Part shown: positions 1 to 13,225 of the stretch, in pieces
Layout of the letters: each line of letters opens with the position of its first letter
Numbering within the stretch: position 1 is the first letter of the stretch
NCBI GenBank assembly: GCA_951406725.2
Contig: OX597820.1
Span: forward strand, 6,510,001 to 6,574,000
Reading direction: 5' to 3'
Source of the DNA: Octopus vulgaris
Taxonomy: Eukaryota
Length of the DNA stretch: 64,000 nucleotides
Notes under the pieces: model-generated
What the model saw: the letters and a program-made list of their open reading frames with translations, nothing else
The model's database searches: none
What the model was told of the DNA's origin: nothing
Translations under genes and position numbers: made by a program

Positions 1-713
1 GAAGATTTGATTTGGTTTTTCTCAAACGAATAAAACTTCGAAAAAGATCAAAAAGTTAACATAAGAAACGACAGATGGTCATGTGCAGACCCTTCCTAAG
101 TTCCAAGTGTTATGTATACACAATTTCCTGAAACTGTCATGGTTTATGGGTTGCCAGCAATGAAGGACATATTTTACTTCCTTCTTGTCATAAGGCCTTA
201 GAGTTAAGTGTATTCCCTACATTGAGGTCCGGGAAATAATTATTAAGCCTTGGATAGAGAATGTATGTAATGGAAGGCCATATGTTTCAGTAAGACTCTG
301 CACTATCACACATGGCTCTTGTAACACAGGAATGGATGGCTGAAAATTTTCATGATCACATAATCCTTAACATTTGGCCTCCTAATTCCCCAGATCTCAA
401 TCTATTGGACTATTACATGCGGAGAGTTGTTCAGAGAGAGGTCAATGAACAGGACCATAACACCAAAGATTCTATGAAAGCTGCCATTGTCAGAGTAATG
501 CCCAAAATTAACCAGGACCACTTGATTGAAGCATGTAGATGAGTTAGATCTCGTATAGAAGCAGTTGTTGAAGCTGAAGGTGGCTTTATTGAATTACATT
601 ATAGAAAAGAAGGTTTATTTTTTTATATTTATAGTTTTTTTTGATAAATGAAATCATGTATTATCTGTTGTTTTATAAACAAAAATCTGTCCTCAAATAT
701 CTTACGCACCCTG
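1..713 (+). mobile_element. Tc1/mariner-superfamily DNA transposon, DD37D (maT-type), degenerate transposase C-terminal half plus probable 3' TIR
   Basis: Reads WFFSNE* (FSDE-like), FQ*DSALSH...WPPNSPDLNLLDYY. Asp codons at 294 and 408 are separated by 37 residues. Stops and frameshifts present. Ends ...cttacgcaccctg (713), a typical CAGGGTG-type TIR terminus. Confidence 0.85.
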
Positions 714-730
714 AAAATTATATATATATA

Positions 731-1003
731 TCACGTGATCACGTGACCGACCAGACCATCAGATGTTGTTACACATCGCTGGTGACAATGGCTGGTCACA
801 ATGCGTTCGCATTGTTTTAGCCTTCGAATGACGGCCCCCCCCCCCGCTGGCTAAGCGAGCAGGCCAACAGAAGAAAGAGTGGGAGAAAGAGTGAGTGGTG
901 AAAGATTACAGCAGGGATCACCACCCCCTGCCGGAGCGTCGTGGAGCTTTTAAGGTGTTTTCGCTCAATAAACACACACACTAACCACTAGGCCATTGCG
1001 CCT

Positions 1004-1005
<2 letters not shown>
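731..1005 (-). mobile_element. tRNA-derived SINE, family A (B-box region deleted)
   Basis: Minus strand starts ggaggcgcaatggcctagtggttag (A box). Body is near-identical to the copy at 25468-25765. Confidence 0.9.
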
Positions 1006-1076
<71 letters not shown>

Positions 1077-1088
1077 TATATATATATA

Positions 1089-1309
1089 GGTAAAAACGGT
1101 AAGATAACAAGAGAATGAACGAGACATCAATATTATGTAAATAGAGGAATTTATCTGTAAATATAATATGTGACAATTATTTGGTAGCCAAGGATAAAAC
1201 TCTGAGTTTCGGATGCCGAGGTAGAAATCAACACCACCATCTCCTCAGTTATCCGGCCATCGGAAAAACGCTATCTATAGCTACCGAATAATTGTCACAT
1301 ATTATATTT

Positions 1310-1312
<3 letters not shown>
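1089..1312 (-). mobile_element. Short non-autonomous PLE-like repeat with internal inverted repeat, flanked by (TA)n
   Basis: 33-bp inverted arms at 1156-1188 and 1280-1312 enclose an HHR. A related copy lies at 12301-12445. Confidence 0.65.
1192..1254 (-). ncRNA. Type I hammerhead ribozyme
   Basis: Minus strand: ggataa CTGAGGA gatg...catcc GAA ACTCAGAGT T ttatcc. Stem I is 6 bp, the core is intact, stem III is actc/gagt and the site is GUU. Confidence 0.8.
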
Positions 1313-1357
<45 letters not shown>

Positions 1358-1838
1358 GCATTTAGGCATATTATTATGTATGTATGCATGTACTTATGTA
1401 TATGTGCATGTATGTATGTATGTATGTATGTATGTATGTATGTACGCATGTATGTATGCATCTATGTGTGTATGAGTGCATATATGTGTGTCGGTGAGTG
1501 CACCTGTTTATTAGTGTTTTCCATACAATTCACTTTTAGCATCAAGGTAACCAGTGCCAGTCTTACTTGATATTAAATTGCTCGTGTTCCACTTGTAACA
1601 CTTTAATGCGTGAATTCCTGTGTCTTTACATCGATGTGAGTTTGCGTGCGCATGTGCCTGTGAGTGTGATTGTTTGTCGTTGTGTGGACCACATATGTTC
1701 TTATATGATGTAATATATTAGATTTTCTTCATATTCGAGACATTTTTAGTATTCGTTTGTATTTGTATGGAACGGTGGCCGTATGTGTTTGTAATAATAC
1801 AGAAAACAGTGTAAAGGTAGCCAGGTATATGCAGTCTA

Positions 1839-2025
<187 letters not shown>

Positions 2026-3290
2026 GTGTATGTTTAGCTATCAATAATAAATGCGATCTGACGATATTTCTGAGATTCGTTCAACCGAAAAGCAACTATT
2101 TCTTACTCTACGGGCTATCAATTAGTTGACCAATTCATTTATACACACCTACGTGCGCGCGCACACACAGACACAGACATACACAAAACTCACATACTCA
2201 GGCACATAGACATACAAATACACACACAAACCATCGAACGTTATACTGTTGAAGCGTAGCTAAACCGTTTTCCCACTTTGTTTTCAGTGCCTGAGGCTGA
2301 CAGATTAGAGATTGCTATTAGAGTCGTCGTTTTCTATCAAAATACCGAGTACACTTACAGAGCAACCAGTGGCGGTTTCGAATCAACACCCAGCCTATTG
2401 TTATTGCTGTTTAACCCTCATCTTCTTCTAATCTGGGATTAATATGGAGAAAACCCGTGGAAAGAAGATCACCGGATTTTTGTTTCATCAGAAACGTTTT
2501 TATTTACTTTCTTAAGCGCAAGTGTTTTATGAGGGCGACATGGCTACTATTTCGAAGATAAAGGTAGATGATCTCTCTGAACCGCAGATTAGGATCAAGT
2601 GATTAATATTTGTGAGTACATCTTCAACAGTATATAACACGTAGAATGTAAGAGGACAACCATATTTAGTGATAGAGAAGTTAAGCATATAGTTAGTTGA
2701 CCCTGGCTACTAGCTGTATATTCATCCATTCCTAGTGGTCAGAAGGTAAAAGCTGTGCTATACAGGGTGCTACTCATTCAGAGAATGTAGGTACATTCAA
2801 CGAAGTTCTTCATGTTAACCTTACCCAACTTTCAGAAATCTGAACGTAGCAGGATACATCCTTCTCCATATTAATCTTCAACGTCAAGTCTTCATAGAAG
2901 TCTAGGAGAAACAATAACAACACATCGCTTTAACTCTTCGAGATAGCAACCGCTTCGAAACAATATCTTAGCTTAAGAAGAAAGGAAGGACTGAAGCAGT
3001 ATTGTGGTCCTGGATAAACTACACCTGGGCGAAAGATAATTTGATCACACTTGAAAGAACATTGTCAACAGTGTTCTGGATCACAAGTGACCGTGGATTA
3101 CAGGATGTGTGTGTGTGTGTTTCATTGTTTCGATGGGTGTGGCTCGTGTTCGTGTCTGGGCACACACATGAACACATATGTATATATAATATATATATAC
3201 ATACACACATATATACAGACACGCATACATACATAAAAGCACATGTGTTGTTGGCGATTTCTATTCCTTCTTTGAACTTTTTCCTTTCTC

Positions 3291-3325
3291 CTTTCCGACG
3301 AAGAGCTATGCTCGAGACGTCAAAG
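3291..3325 (+). ncRNA. Degenerate minimal hammerhead motif
   Basis: cttt CCGACGA agagc tat gctc GAGAC GTC aaag. Stems are intact but there are two core substitutions. Confidence 0.55.
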
Positions 3326-3498
3326 TAATACATTCATTGTGCACGTCCTCTTGGTGTCTCTTAATTTTATTCGTTTATTTGAATTGGCGATATATATATA
3401 TATATAGGGAGAGTTTACGAAAAAAACCCCAAAAAACGAAGACAGGAAGTGTACAAAGCAAACAAATGTATTAGTATAACGCCCAGGAATAGAAAAGT

Positions 3499-3534
3499 CT
3501 TTTACGTTTCGAGCCAACGCTCTTCTACAGAAAG
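3499..3534 (-). ncRNA. Minimal hammerhead motif with A6U core variant
   Basis: Minus strand: cttt CTGTAGA agagc gttg gctc GAAAC GTA aaag. Confidence 0.6.
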
Positions 3535-4419
3535 GGACACAGAAAAAAACAAGGAGAGAAACAAGGAGATAAAAAGGAGAGAAAAAAGGAGAGAGAAAAA
3601 GGAGAGAGAAAAACGGGGAGAAAAAATGTGCGTAGTGGCTAACGATCTATCATGGCGACGGATATATATAAATATATATATATATATTGCCCGATTACAT
3701 ATATGAAATATGGTCTATATATATTGGTTATATATCCAACATTAATGTTAATTCCTCAATAAATACAGAAACGCCATTAACGGCTGCAACAGAAATGTAG
3801 TGAACATGACGAAATTGAACATTCTTCTTTCTCTATTTTCTTTCTTTCTCTCTCTCTTCCTTTATTCTCTCTTTATCTCTTAAGCTCGCCCCTCTCTCAT
3901 CAGTCTATCAGCCGGGAGAATTACGAAGAAAATGGTGGACATGTTAGCCATACTTCAAGCGCTGTCAGATTTACTTCCTGTTGTTTTATCAACTATAACC
4001 AAACTATGTTTTCAGTCGTGTTTCCGGTGTGGTGAGCCAGCATATTTTTTCCATATTTATTGCAACTACCACATATTTATCAGAAAATCTTTTGTTTATC
4101 TATTACTCGTTTCCATTGCTGAATTAAGCAAATTGTCACATTTTTCCCTCTTTAATTCTCTATTATATGCAGTTGTATTTTCACCTATCATGTATTGATT
4201 CTCTTTCTGCTCTCTCTCTCTCTTTCCTTCCCTCGCCTTGTCTATAATCTGATATATTTTGTTTGCGCATACTTAAGCGTAAAATTATAACAGCATCTTT
4301 AAGGCATTCATTCGACTAAATTAGTTTATATTGTGATGCTAAGGCATGTTTCATTAGCCTCATTCTGCTTAAACATATCATCGACGTCACAGCTAAAGAA
4401 GCCTAATTTTGTCATCGTT

Positions 4420-4790
4420 GATGTAATATTTAGTAAAAGTGCATGTTATAAGCGACATGTCTTGAAAACAACTACAGTTTTCTATTCAGTTATTATTAAA
4501 ACATCATTCAGCAAAAGAGCGTGGTATAAGCGACATATTTAGAAAACAACGATAATTATCTACTAAGTGGTATTTGGTGCATCTCTTAGTGATAGTTCAT
4601 GATATAAGTGACGTATATGGAAGACAACATTATTCACCCACTTAACTGTGATTCACGCATCGTTTTATGAAAATGCATGATATAGGCGACATATCTAGAA
4701 CACAATTTTTATCGTCTGCTCAAGTGCTGTTGATGTAGTGTTCACTAAAATCCATGACAGAAGTGACATAAAATCTATTGTCTTTGATAT
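4420..4790 (+). repeat. Degenerate ~78-bp tandem repeat (about 5 units)
   Basis: tataagcgacat-like anchors at ~4447, 4526, 4603, 4681 and 4760. An inverted unit lies near 5600. Confidence 0.65.
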
Positions 4791-4803
4791 ATTGTTCGCT
4801 GAT

Positions 4804-4839
<36 letters not shown>

Positions 4840-4840
<1 letters not shown>

Positions 4841-5185
4841 GACTCCAAATTTGCCATCAAGATGTAGGACAAGATACTGCGATAGCCTGGGCTTCAGAGG
4901 TCCACAGCTCTTCAATATCCTCCCGAAGGACCCGAGAGACCTGCATGGAGTGGATGCAGATGTCTTTAAAATAAAGCTGGACCTCTTCCTGTCAGGTGTC
5001 CCAGATGAACCAACTTCAAGGCAGGAGATGCAGATGAAGGCAGCTGCATCAAACTCTCACATGCACCAAATGTCAATTGCTAAAAAGCATTCGTGAAGTA
5101 AAATCATGTAGCAACACCGAATGGCGGTGCTCCAGCATGGCCACAGCTCGTGAACTGAAACTAGATGAAATGAAATGAAATGAAA
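4840..5185 (+). mobile_element. CR1-like LINE 3' end
   Basis: ORF SRCRTRYCDSLGFRGPQLFNILPKD..LHGVD is homologous to 33100-33250. The 3' tail ggcggtgctccagcatggcc..ctgaaac is followed by (tgaaa)n. Confidence 0.85.
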
Positions 5186-6911
5186 ATATATTAGTTCTTT
5201 TTTATGAATGTCCAGTATCTATAAGCGGCATTTGTACCAGATAAGAAAACTTGCAACTTATTTAGTGGTGGCTGAGGTATCATTTATCGAAAGATATAAA
5301 TGACATATAATGAACTCAAATCGTTGATTTATACAATATTTTGCGCAAGTTTTTCATGTAAGAAATACGTAAACTAATAAATATCATTCATATATTTATT
5401 GGTTCTTAATACAGTGTTTCTCACTCACATGACCTTACACAAAATATATTTCCTATCAAAAGTAAATTGATGACAATATACGCCAGATATCTCACGAAAT
5501 GTTGCGTTCTTAACGTCCACGTAATTGTAGACTTATAGAGTTTGACAAAATGAAACAGTAATAACCACTAAGTGGATGACTATGTTTGTTAAGCGGAGGA
5601 TATGTCGCTTATATCATGAACATATTTTGTAAACACGTGTAGTCACGGTTAAATTATTGTATACTTTCATCGATTATGTACCTCGTGGCTTCTCATCGGA
5701 GTACAATAACCATTGGAATTTACAACACCATTTACCTTTAATGCGCAAGCAAATAATTCAAAAATTCGTTCTAAGATTCTCAGTTGTAGTCTCCCTTGTT
5801 TGAAGAATTATTCACGATAACAACATAAGTCGATGGGATCATCCTCATAAATCCGAGAACAATGAAATGTAAATTTGAATTTAGCAGGAATTGAACTCAG
5901 ATCATAAGGCAAGCGAATTATTTAGCGCCAGAGATTTTCTGCAACACACCAATCATTCTACTGTTTCTCCGTTATAAACGTTCTCTTCCAATAATTGGTT
6001 AAAATTAATGATTAACTTTCACAATTGCTACACAAACAAGGAGATTCCGTCTACGTTGAAACATCATAATAATATTGTTGTTCATTATTATGCAAATTTC
6101 CCAATTCACTCGTTGCTTATTGGACATCTTCTTCACGGGACATATGTCTGCCAGAAACGAGATGCGCATGTTAAGTTGAGGATTTAGTATTTAACATTTG
6201 TGTGAGATGTATATTGTAGTTTATAGCCATATGCTTTCTGCATACACTTGAAGTTTTCAATGTTTATGGCTAACATTACATGGCAATTAGCAAGCATTGA
6301 GTCTAGGGGAAGTGACTTATAGAACTAGACACGTTGATAGACTGATGGAGTTGACTAATTGTTTGGTAAACATGGAGCAAACCGAGTGTCTCGTTATTGG
6401 GGAATTAAATGTTTATAAAGTGATACAGGGCCACATAATTGTATTGGTGAGTGCAAGCATACATATATATATATATATTTATAACAGCACATAGTGTGTA
6501 TATATATGTGTGTTTGTGCGTGTGTTTGTGTGTATGTTTGTGTGTATATATATATATATATGCATAGACATGAGTGTACATAGACATATGCGTGTATATA
6601 CATATGTGGAGTTAATTACCTACATATCTATCTCTAAACATACGCATACAAGCAACCAAACATTGAAAACACATACATTTATACACATACACGGAGAAGT
6701 CTTCAAATCAGTCAACAAATATGTGTATACGTGTACACAATCCCACCCCCACGTTTGACTGTGGAATAGATGTTTGTATGTATGTGTGTATATAAATATA
6801 TATATATATGTATATATGTACGTATACATATATATGTATATATGTACGTGTATATATATATATATATATTTAAATGCATACATATACAAATATATGCTCG
6901 TATGTATGTGA

Positions 6912-6947
<36 letters not shown>

Positions 6948-7680
6948 GTGTATATATATTTTTAAATGCATACATATACAAATATATGCACATATATACG
7001 TTTGCATGTGTGTGTGTTTATGTATGTCCAGAGTTAGTATGACTTAAAAACATACATTTATGGAATTGATTCTTTTTACAAATCTATTGAAATAAATTAA
7101 AGAAGAGAAGTCTGCTCTTGAGAAAGCAAACCCTAACAATAAGAATGCACACAACAACAAGAACAAGAAGATATGGAGGAGTGTAGGCACAATACGTAGT
7201 TTATCATACATAATGTGTGTCTTCTTCACTTCGGTTCATAGATTTAGGAATAATTCCCGTTAATGAGTCGCTTCAGCTTTTACTTCTGTTCACCCCATTC
7301 ATAGCTTCAAGATGGGATAGTGACGAGTTGTTCAGATGAAAATAGCGTCAGTGAATTTTATATAAGGTTGTTTAAGAGGTTTAGAGAGAGGCGAATTAAG
7401 GAAAGAGAGTGGAGAAACAGAGGTGGTAGCCGTTTGAGTGTTGCAATAGAGAGTGTGGTATAGAGAAATATAGGAGAGATATTGGGGAAGAGAAGAGAAA
7501 TGCGGAAATAGAAAGTTTGGAGAGAGAGGTGTAGAGCTAGAGAGAGAAATAAAGATGGAGATAGAGAGACATAGAGGAAAAGGCCGAAACTGATAGAGAG
7601 TCGGAGAGAAAATATATGTATATATATGTATATACCCTGTGTGTGTGTGTGTGCATCTTTTTCTTGGTATGCGTGTGAGA

Positions 7681-7745
<65 letters not shown>

Positions 7746-9809
7746 TCTTTCTCTATATGTACACACACATGTATGTATAGAGATAGATAGATAGATAGAT
7801 TGATAGATAGATAGATAGAAGAAGAAGAAGAATTGTACATATATGTACATTCTTCACCATATTTCGCTTGGCCTCCTATATTGCAAGCTGGGCTGTTGTA
7901 CCTGTCTCCTAGTATTTTAGTTTTCTGAAATACAACAACTGATATTTAACCTCAACACAAATAAAAAAAAAAAACTAGACACACATTTATCCAAACCTTA
8001 CTGCAAGCCACACGCCAGGATAGTGATCAGCTCAGACTTTCCCGCCTTTGCTGACTCCCTCCTTCACTTGCTCTCTCTCTCTCTCTCTTCCTTTGTTACC
8101 CTTTCCGTCTATTTTTTTCTTTGCTTTCTCTACCTCTCTCCCACCTTCCATAATTTCTTTCTTGTTGTGCCTTCTACTCGTGGCTGGCCAATGACTGACA
8201 ACCAAACATTATTTCATGAAATGTTGCAAAACCCCGTCAAGTATATGTGCATTCATATACATATAGCCACACATGTATGCATTTTGACATGCATGTATAC
8301 ATTCATGCATTGGTTTGGAGGTATGTATATGTAGATATATTAGAAATCTGGAATTGAAATTAACGGATTACAAGAGAAAACAAGTACAGAATTAACTAAT
8401 TAATTGTTGTCTATTCGTTAGGAAGTTCTTAAAATCTGTTATCATTTGCAATCATGTATAACACTATTTCATTCATTAAAAAAAATCTCCAGCATCGTAT
8501 AACCCGTGACTTATTTACTGAACTGAGCCATTTCATTAAAGATAGAAATAATACATTCTGGAGGCCAATTATGAAATTTCCTTCTTATTTTTTTTTTAAA
8601 TTGCTCATAGAAAGTTAATAGTTTCGGAATTGAGAGAATCGAGAGAAAGTTATTAATATTTGCATACAGAATATTAACGGTTGGTGAGGATTCTACGTCC
8701 TAAAAATGTCTTATACTAGTCACACATATCCCTTGTATAGCATATTCTATTTCTATAAGAAAAGAATCGATACAAAATTACGGTATGTGTATTACAATCA
8801 GGTTTGTGTCTAAAACTAACGAGAATGATCAGTTATTTTACAAGTGGTTGTCTAATGTGACACCGGAAGCATGGAATAAAAACGATAAAAAGATAAAAAG
8901 ATAAAAAGATAACATGCGTTCGAAAAAGTAAACGTGGCTTTAGAACACAACTCGGTGTATCGTGACAACTAATGCACTCTCTATGATGTCACGTAATTGT
9001 AAGATTCATTGTAAATAGCTTCACCTGATAAGCACCATTTAGCGCCAATTTAGTGGCGTAAAAAATTGTTTAAAAATAAAAAAGCAAATTAATATTCTAA
9101 GTTATAGATCTGACGAATTTATCTTGTTCAATATAGAAAATAAAACTGTGAAAAATATTTTAAATATTGTGTAACAATGAGTCTGAAAATTATCTTTGTG
9201 ACAATTACGTGTTAAATAAACACACGACTTTGATAAGAGCATTTCAAAATGTTGGCAAATAAATAAAAATAACAGTAATAAAAATGAAGTAATCACTAGT
9301 TATATATGGTAGATTTGGCAGACGTTACATTTTACTATTAAATCATTTGTGTGAGTTGTTGTTTTTGTTGTTATCGTCGCCACCATCGTAAATGTCGTCT
9401 GCTACACGAATTAATAGAAAGAATATCTGATGAGCAAACTTGAACAACAATGAAAATTCTCATTCGCTCACATGGCATTCTACATTCACGATTGACTTCT
9501 CATTAGAATCATAAAGATTTCATTAAGCTTGCCGAGCAAAAGTTTTATTTCGTAATTATTTTGAGGTTGGATTTAGTTAAGATGGGTACGAAACCTGCAT
9601 TTTAACTCCAAGGTTTCGAGTTCGATGTTTCTACGCTCCACATTGAACAAATATTCTCACTACTTAATCTGGGTCAACCTAAATAATTATCAGTAAAATT
9701 GCAATTAGAGAAAAGATGGAGAGATTGAACCAGATTTGGGCTGCTCCTTGATTCATTGTTCGGTGTAGCCTTCCACCCGAGCCATCGTTGCCTTCAAGAG
9801 AATCCAGCA

Positions 9810-10216
9810 CTTTACTCTTTTACTTGTTTCAGTCATTTGACTGCGGCCATGCTGGAACACCGCCTTTAGTCGAGAAAATCGACCCCGGAACTTATTCTTT
9901 GTAAGCCCAGTACTTATTTTATCGGTCTCTTTTGCCGAACCGCTAAGTGACGGGGACGTAAACACACCAGCATCGGTTGTCAGGCAATGCTAGGGGGACA
10001 AACACAGACACACAAACACACACACACACTTATATATATATAAACATATATACGACTGGCTTCTTTCAGTTTCCGTCTACCAAATCCACTCACAAGGCAT
10101 TGGTCGGCCCGGGGCTATAGCAGAAGACACTTGCCCAAGATGCCACGCAGTGGGACTGAACCCGGAACCATGTGGTTGGTTAGCAAGCTACTTACCACAC
10201 AGCCACTCCTGCGCCT
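9810..10216 (-). mobile_element. tRNA-derived SINE, family B (CORE-like cttgggcaagt segment, LINE-derived tail)
   Basis: Minus head gcgcaggagtggctgtgtggtaag...gggttcagtccc. Internal (TA)/(TG) run. Homologous to 44178-44640 and 35952-36480. Confidence 0.9.
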
Positions 10217-10712
10217 ATATACTTTGTATACTTTCAGGTGAAATCTTCGGTTTAATAACAGCTTCCCCTATTCAAACCGCCAATCTTGGAGATCGTAAAA
10301 TAGGATACGAGCCTCATTAATTTTCTCCTGTGTTTAAACGGTGATGATAAAAGTAGACCATAAAAATATTACATAATATTTAGACAGTCTCCATTTTATT
10401 ATTTTTAAAGCCAATATTTGAGGGATGAGGTTTCATTTAGGCCGCAGATCGAACGGCCCTTTGGGTCTACAATGTTGTTGTTATACTTCATAGGTTACAT
10501 TTTATCAGCCCCAATGACTGCAAGGGTCAGTGGTTATATTTATTTATAAAGTAACCTACGGGGGGTTAATACTGGTTAATTATCACGGATGGAATCATCT
10601 CTGATATCAATTTATTAACGCCAATCAATCAAGTGAGTGTATTGATCTCCTAAGAGCTAAACCTTATTCGAATACACTTACACAAAATCACAAATACACA
10701 CTCGTGCATACA

Positions 10713-10744
<32 letters not shown>

Positions 10745-11168
10745 TATGCAGAAACACACTGAAATACACACACACATAAAAACGCGCAATGATAAACGCA
10801 CAACACACATAGACAAGCGTGGTATGATAATATAAAGTGAATGGCATTGAGTGGAATTATAAATCGCCACTGGAATGCAAGGCTTTCTTGTTTAGACACA
10901 ATGAACCTAGGACTATATAATCTAATGTATCCTTCCTCTTACAGAAGCTTTGGTTGCTATTTCAAGCAGGCTGATTTGGCACGTACATCCTCTTTATCCT
11001 GCGTGATAAAGAGTTATATAGTGTAGTTGGTGTTATTGTTTTGGCGAAAAGTAGCGGATTATAGCAATTGGGGCGAAATATAGATGCAAAGCATACATAC
11101 ACACATACACACACAGCATATATACATGTATGCATATACGTATATGCGCATATATTCATGAATTGATT

Positions 11169-11242
<74 letters not shown>

Positions 11243-11354
11243 GACACACACATACACACACATATGTGTGTGTGTGTGTGGGCGTGTGTGTGTACAAGGA
11301 TGTTTGTGTATTCATAAATACAAATCTATAAGTGTTACAGGCATATACTGAAAG

Positions 11355-11401
<47 letters not shown>

Positions 11402-12228
11402 GAGAGAGAGAGGCATGCAGAGAGTTTGACAGACAGATAAATAGACAGAACGAAAGAAAGAAAGAAAGAAAAAAGAAAGATAGACAGATTCGTAGACAGA
11501 TAGATAGAACGGAAGAAAGAAAAGAGGAAGATAGAAAGAAAACAGAAATATAGACAGATACGTAGATAGTTAGATAGCTAGATAGATAGATGTTAACATT
11601 TTATTCGGTCAGTATTACATAGGTAACTAGAAATAGGCGTGTTGCGATCGATCAGCAAATCGGGGTCTAAGTGGTTATGTATGTCATAGCTAATGTATTT
11701 AGTACAGGGAACAGCAGAAAAAAAGCTAACGAGAGAGACAGAAGGTGAAGCATAGATATAAGGATACAGACATAGATGAGTGATTGTTTACATATATAAT
11801 AGCTCATTAGAGAGCTAATTAGAAATACAGGTGTAATTAAAATATATGCACCAGAAAAGGAAAATAAAGAAGTCAGTGTTAAGATGCACTTCTCAATAAT
11901 TCCACATTATTTTCTTCCACTTGTGGTGAGTGATTAGACCTAGCAGTTTCTTTTGAAATTATAACAAATACATCCTGGTATTTTTTTTTACCATTTCAGA
12001 GAGAACAAATAACTTTCATTCGCTTTTAGTATATTTCTTAACGAATTTGTATTTTCGTTGCATCTCTAAGACTGACTCAGTACAGAACAACGGTCACTGG
12101 CCCGTTTCCTTTTAACACCTCGGCTTCTGCCATTTTCAATACTGATTTACATGCGACATGGGTCTCTTGAATTCACAACCACATTCAATTCTTCTGATAT
12201 ACTTCTCTCTCGCTTTTTCTCTCTCACC

Positions 12229-12300
<72 letters not shown>

Positions 12301-12303
<3 letters not shown>

Positions 12304-12441
12304 ATAGTAATAGTATGGCAACAAAAGAATGAATGAGACCTCGATATTATGTAAATAGAGGAATTTATCTGACAAGCTGCCGGTGCAGATTTCCGCCCCG
12401 ACATCCGAAACCCGGATCTTTATTATGGTGACCGAATAATT

Positions 12442-12445
<4 letters not shown>
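12301..12445 (+). mobile_element. Rearranged copy of the 1089-1312 repeat with a partial HHR
   Basis: Shares tattatgtaaatagaggaatttatctg and gatttc..catccgaaac with the 1.1-1.3 kb element. (TA)n on both sides. Confidence 0.6.
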
Positions 12446-12485
<40 letters not shown>

Positions 12486-12727
12486 GATGTGGGTACAGGA
12501 CGTCACCAACAGTAAACCATATGAAATACGAAAACAAATGAGTCCAATACGGAAACAACGACAGAAGCAAATAGAAAACAGGACAAATAACATAAAGAAC
12601 GACCTTTCATCAGTTGCCGGCTGTCTGTCTACTCCTAATTTCGAGCATTAAACGACAATATAGGTATTCGAAGACATTTGCTCCCATAAGTACCAAAATA
12701 AAATTTGGGATTTATGGAGGGTCAAAA

Positions 12728-12779
<52 letters not shown>

Positions 12780-13155
12780 ATACCAACACATATCTACAAA
12801 TATACACATATAATATCATTATATGTACCTACATATAAAAATACTGTATATTATAAACACACAAATACACATACACACACACAAACACACATATACATAT
12901 ATGTTTAAAAATTGGTATATATATATATATATCTGTTCGATTATTTTGATGAATAAACCTGAAAAAAAATTTGCATAAACATTATATATATATATATAAT
13001 ATTACATATTATATATATATTATATATTATGTATATATACATTTTATTATATATACAATATAATATACTAATGCATATACATAATATATAACACACACAC
13101 ACACATATATATTTTATTATATATACAATATAACATACTAATGCATATACATAAT

Positions 13156-13225
<70 letters not shown>

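Noticed and set aside
12595-12700. Minus-strand gagca..tgctc GAAA TT preceded by CTTATGG, plus a downstream CTGATGA
   Set aside because: The core is doubly broken and stem I is absent. It is possibly a relic but not supportable.
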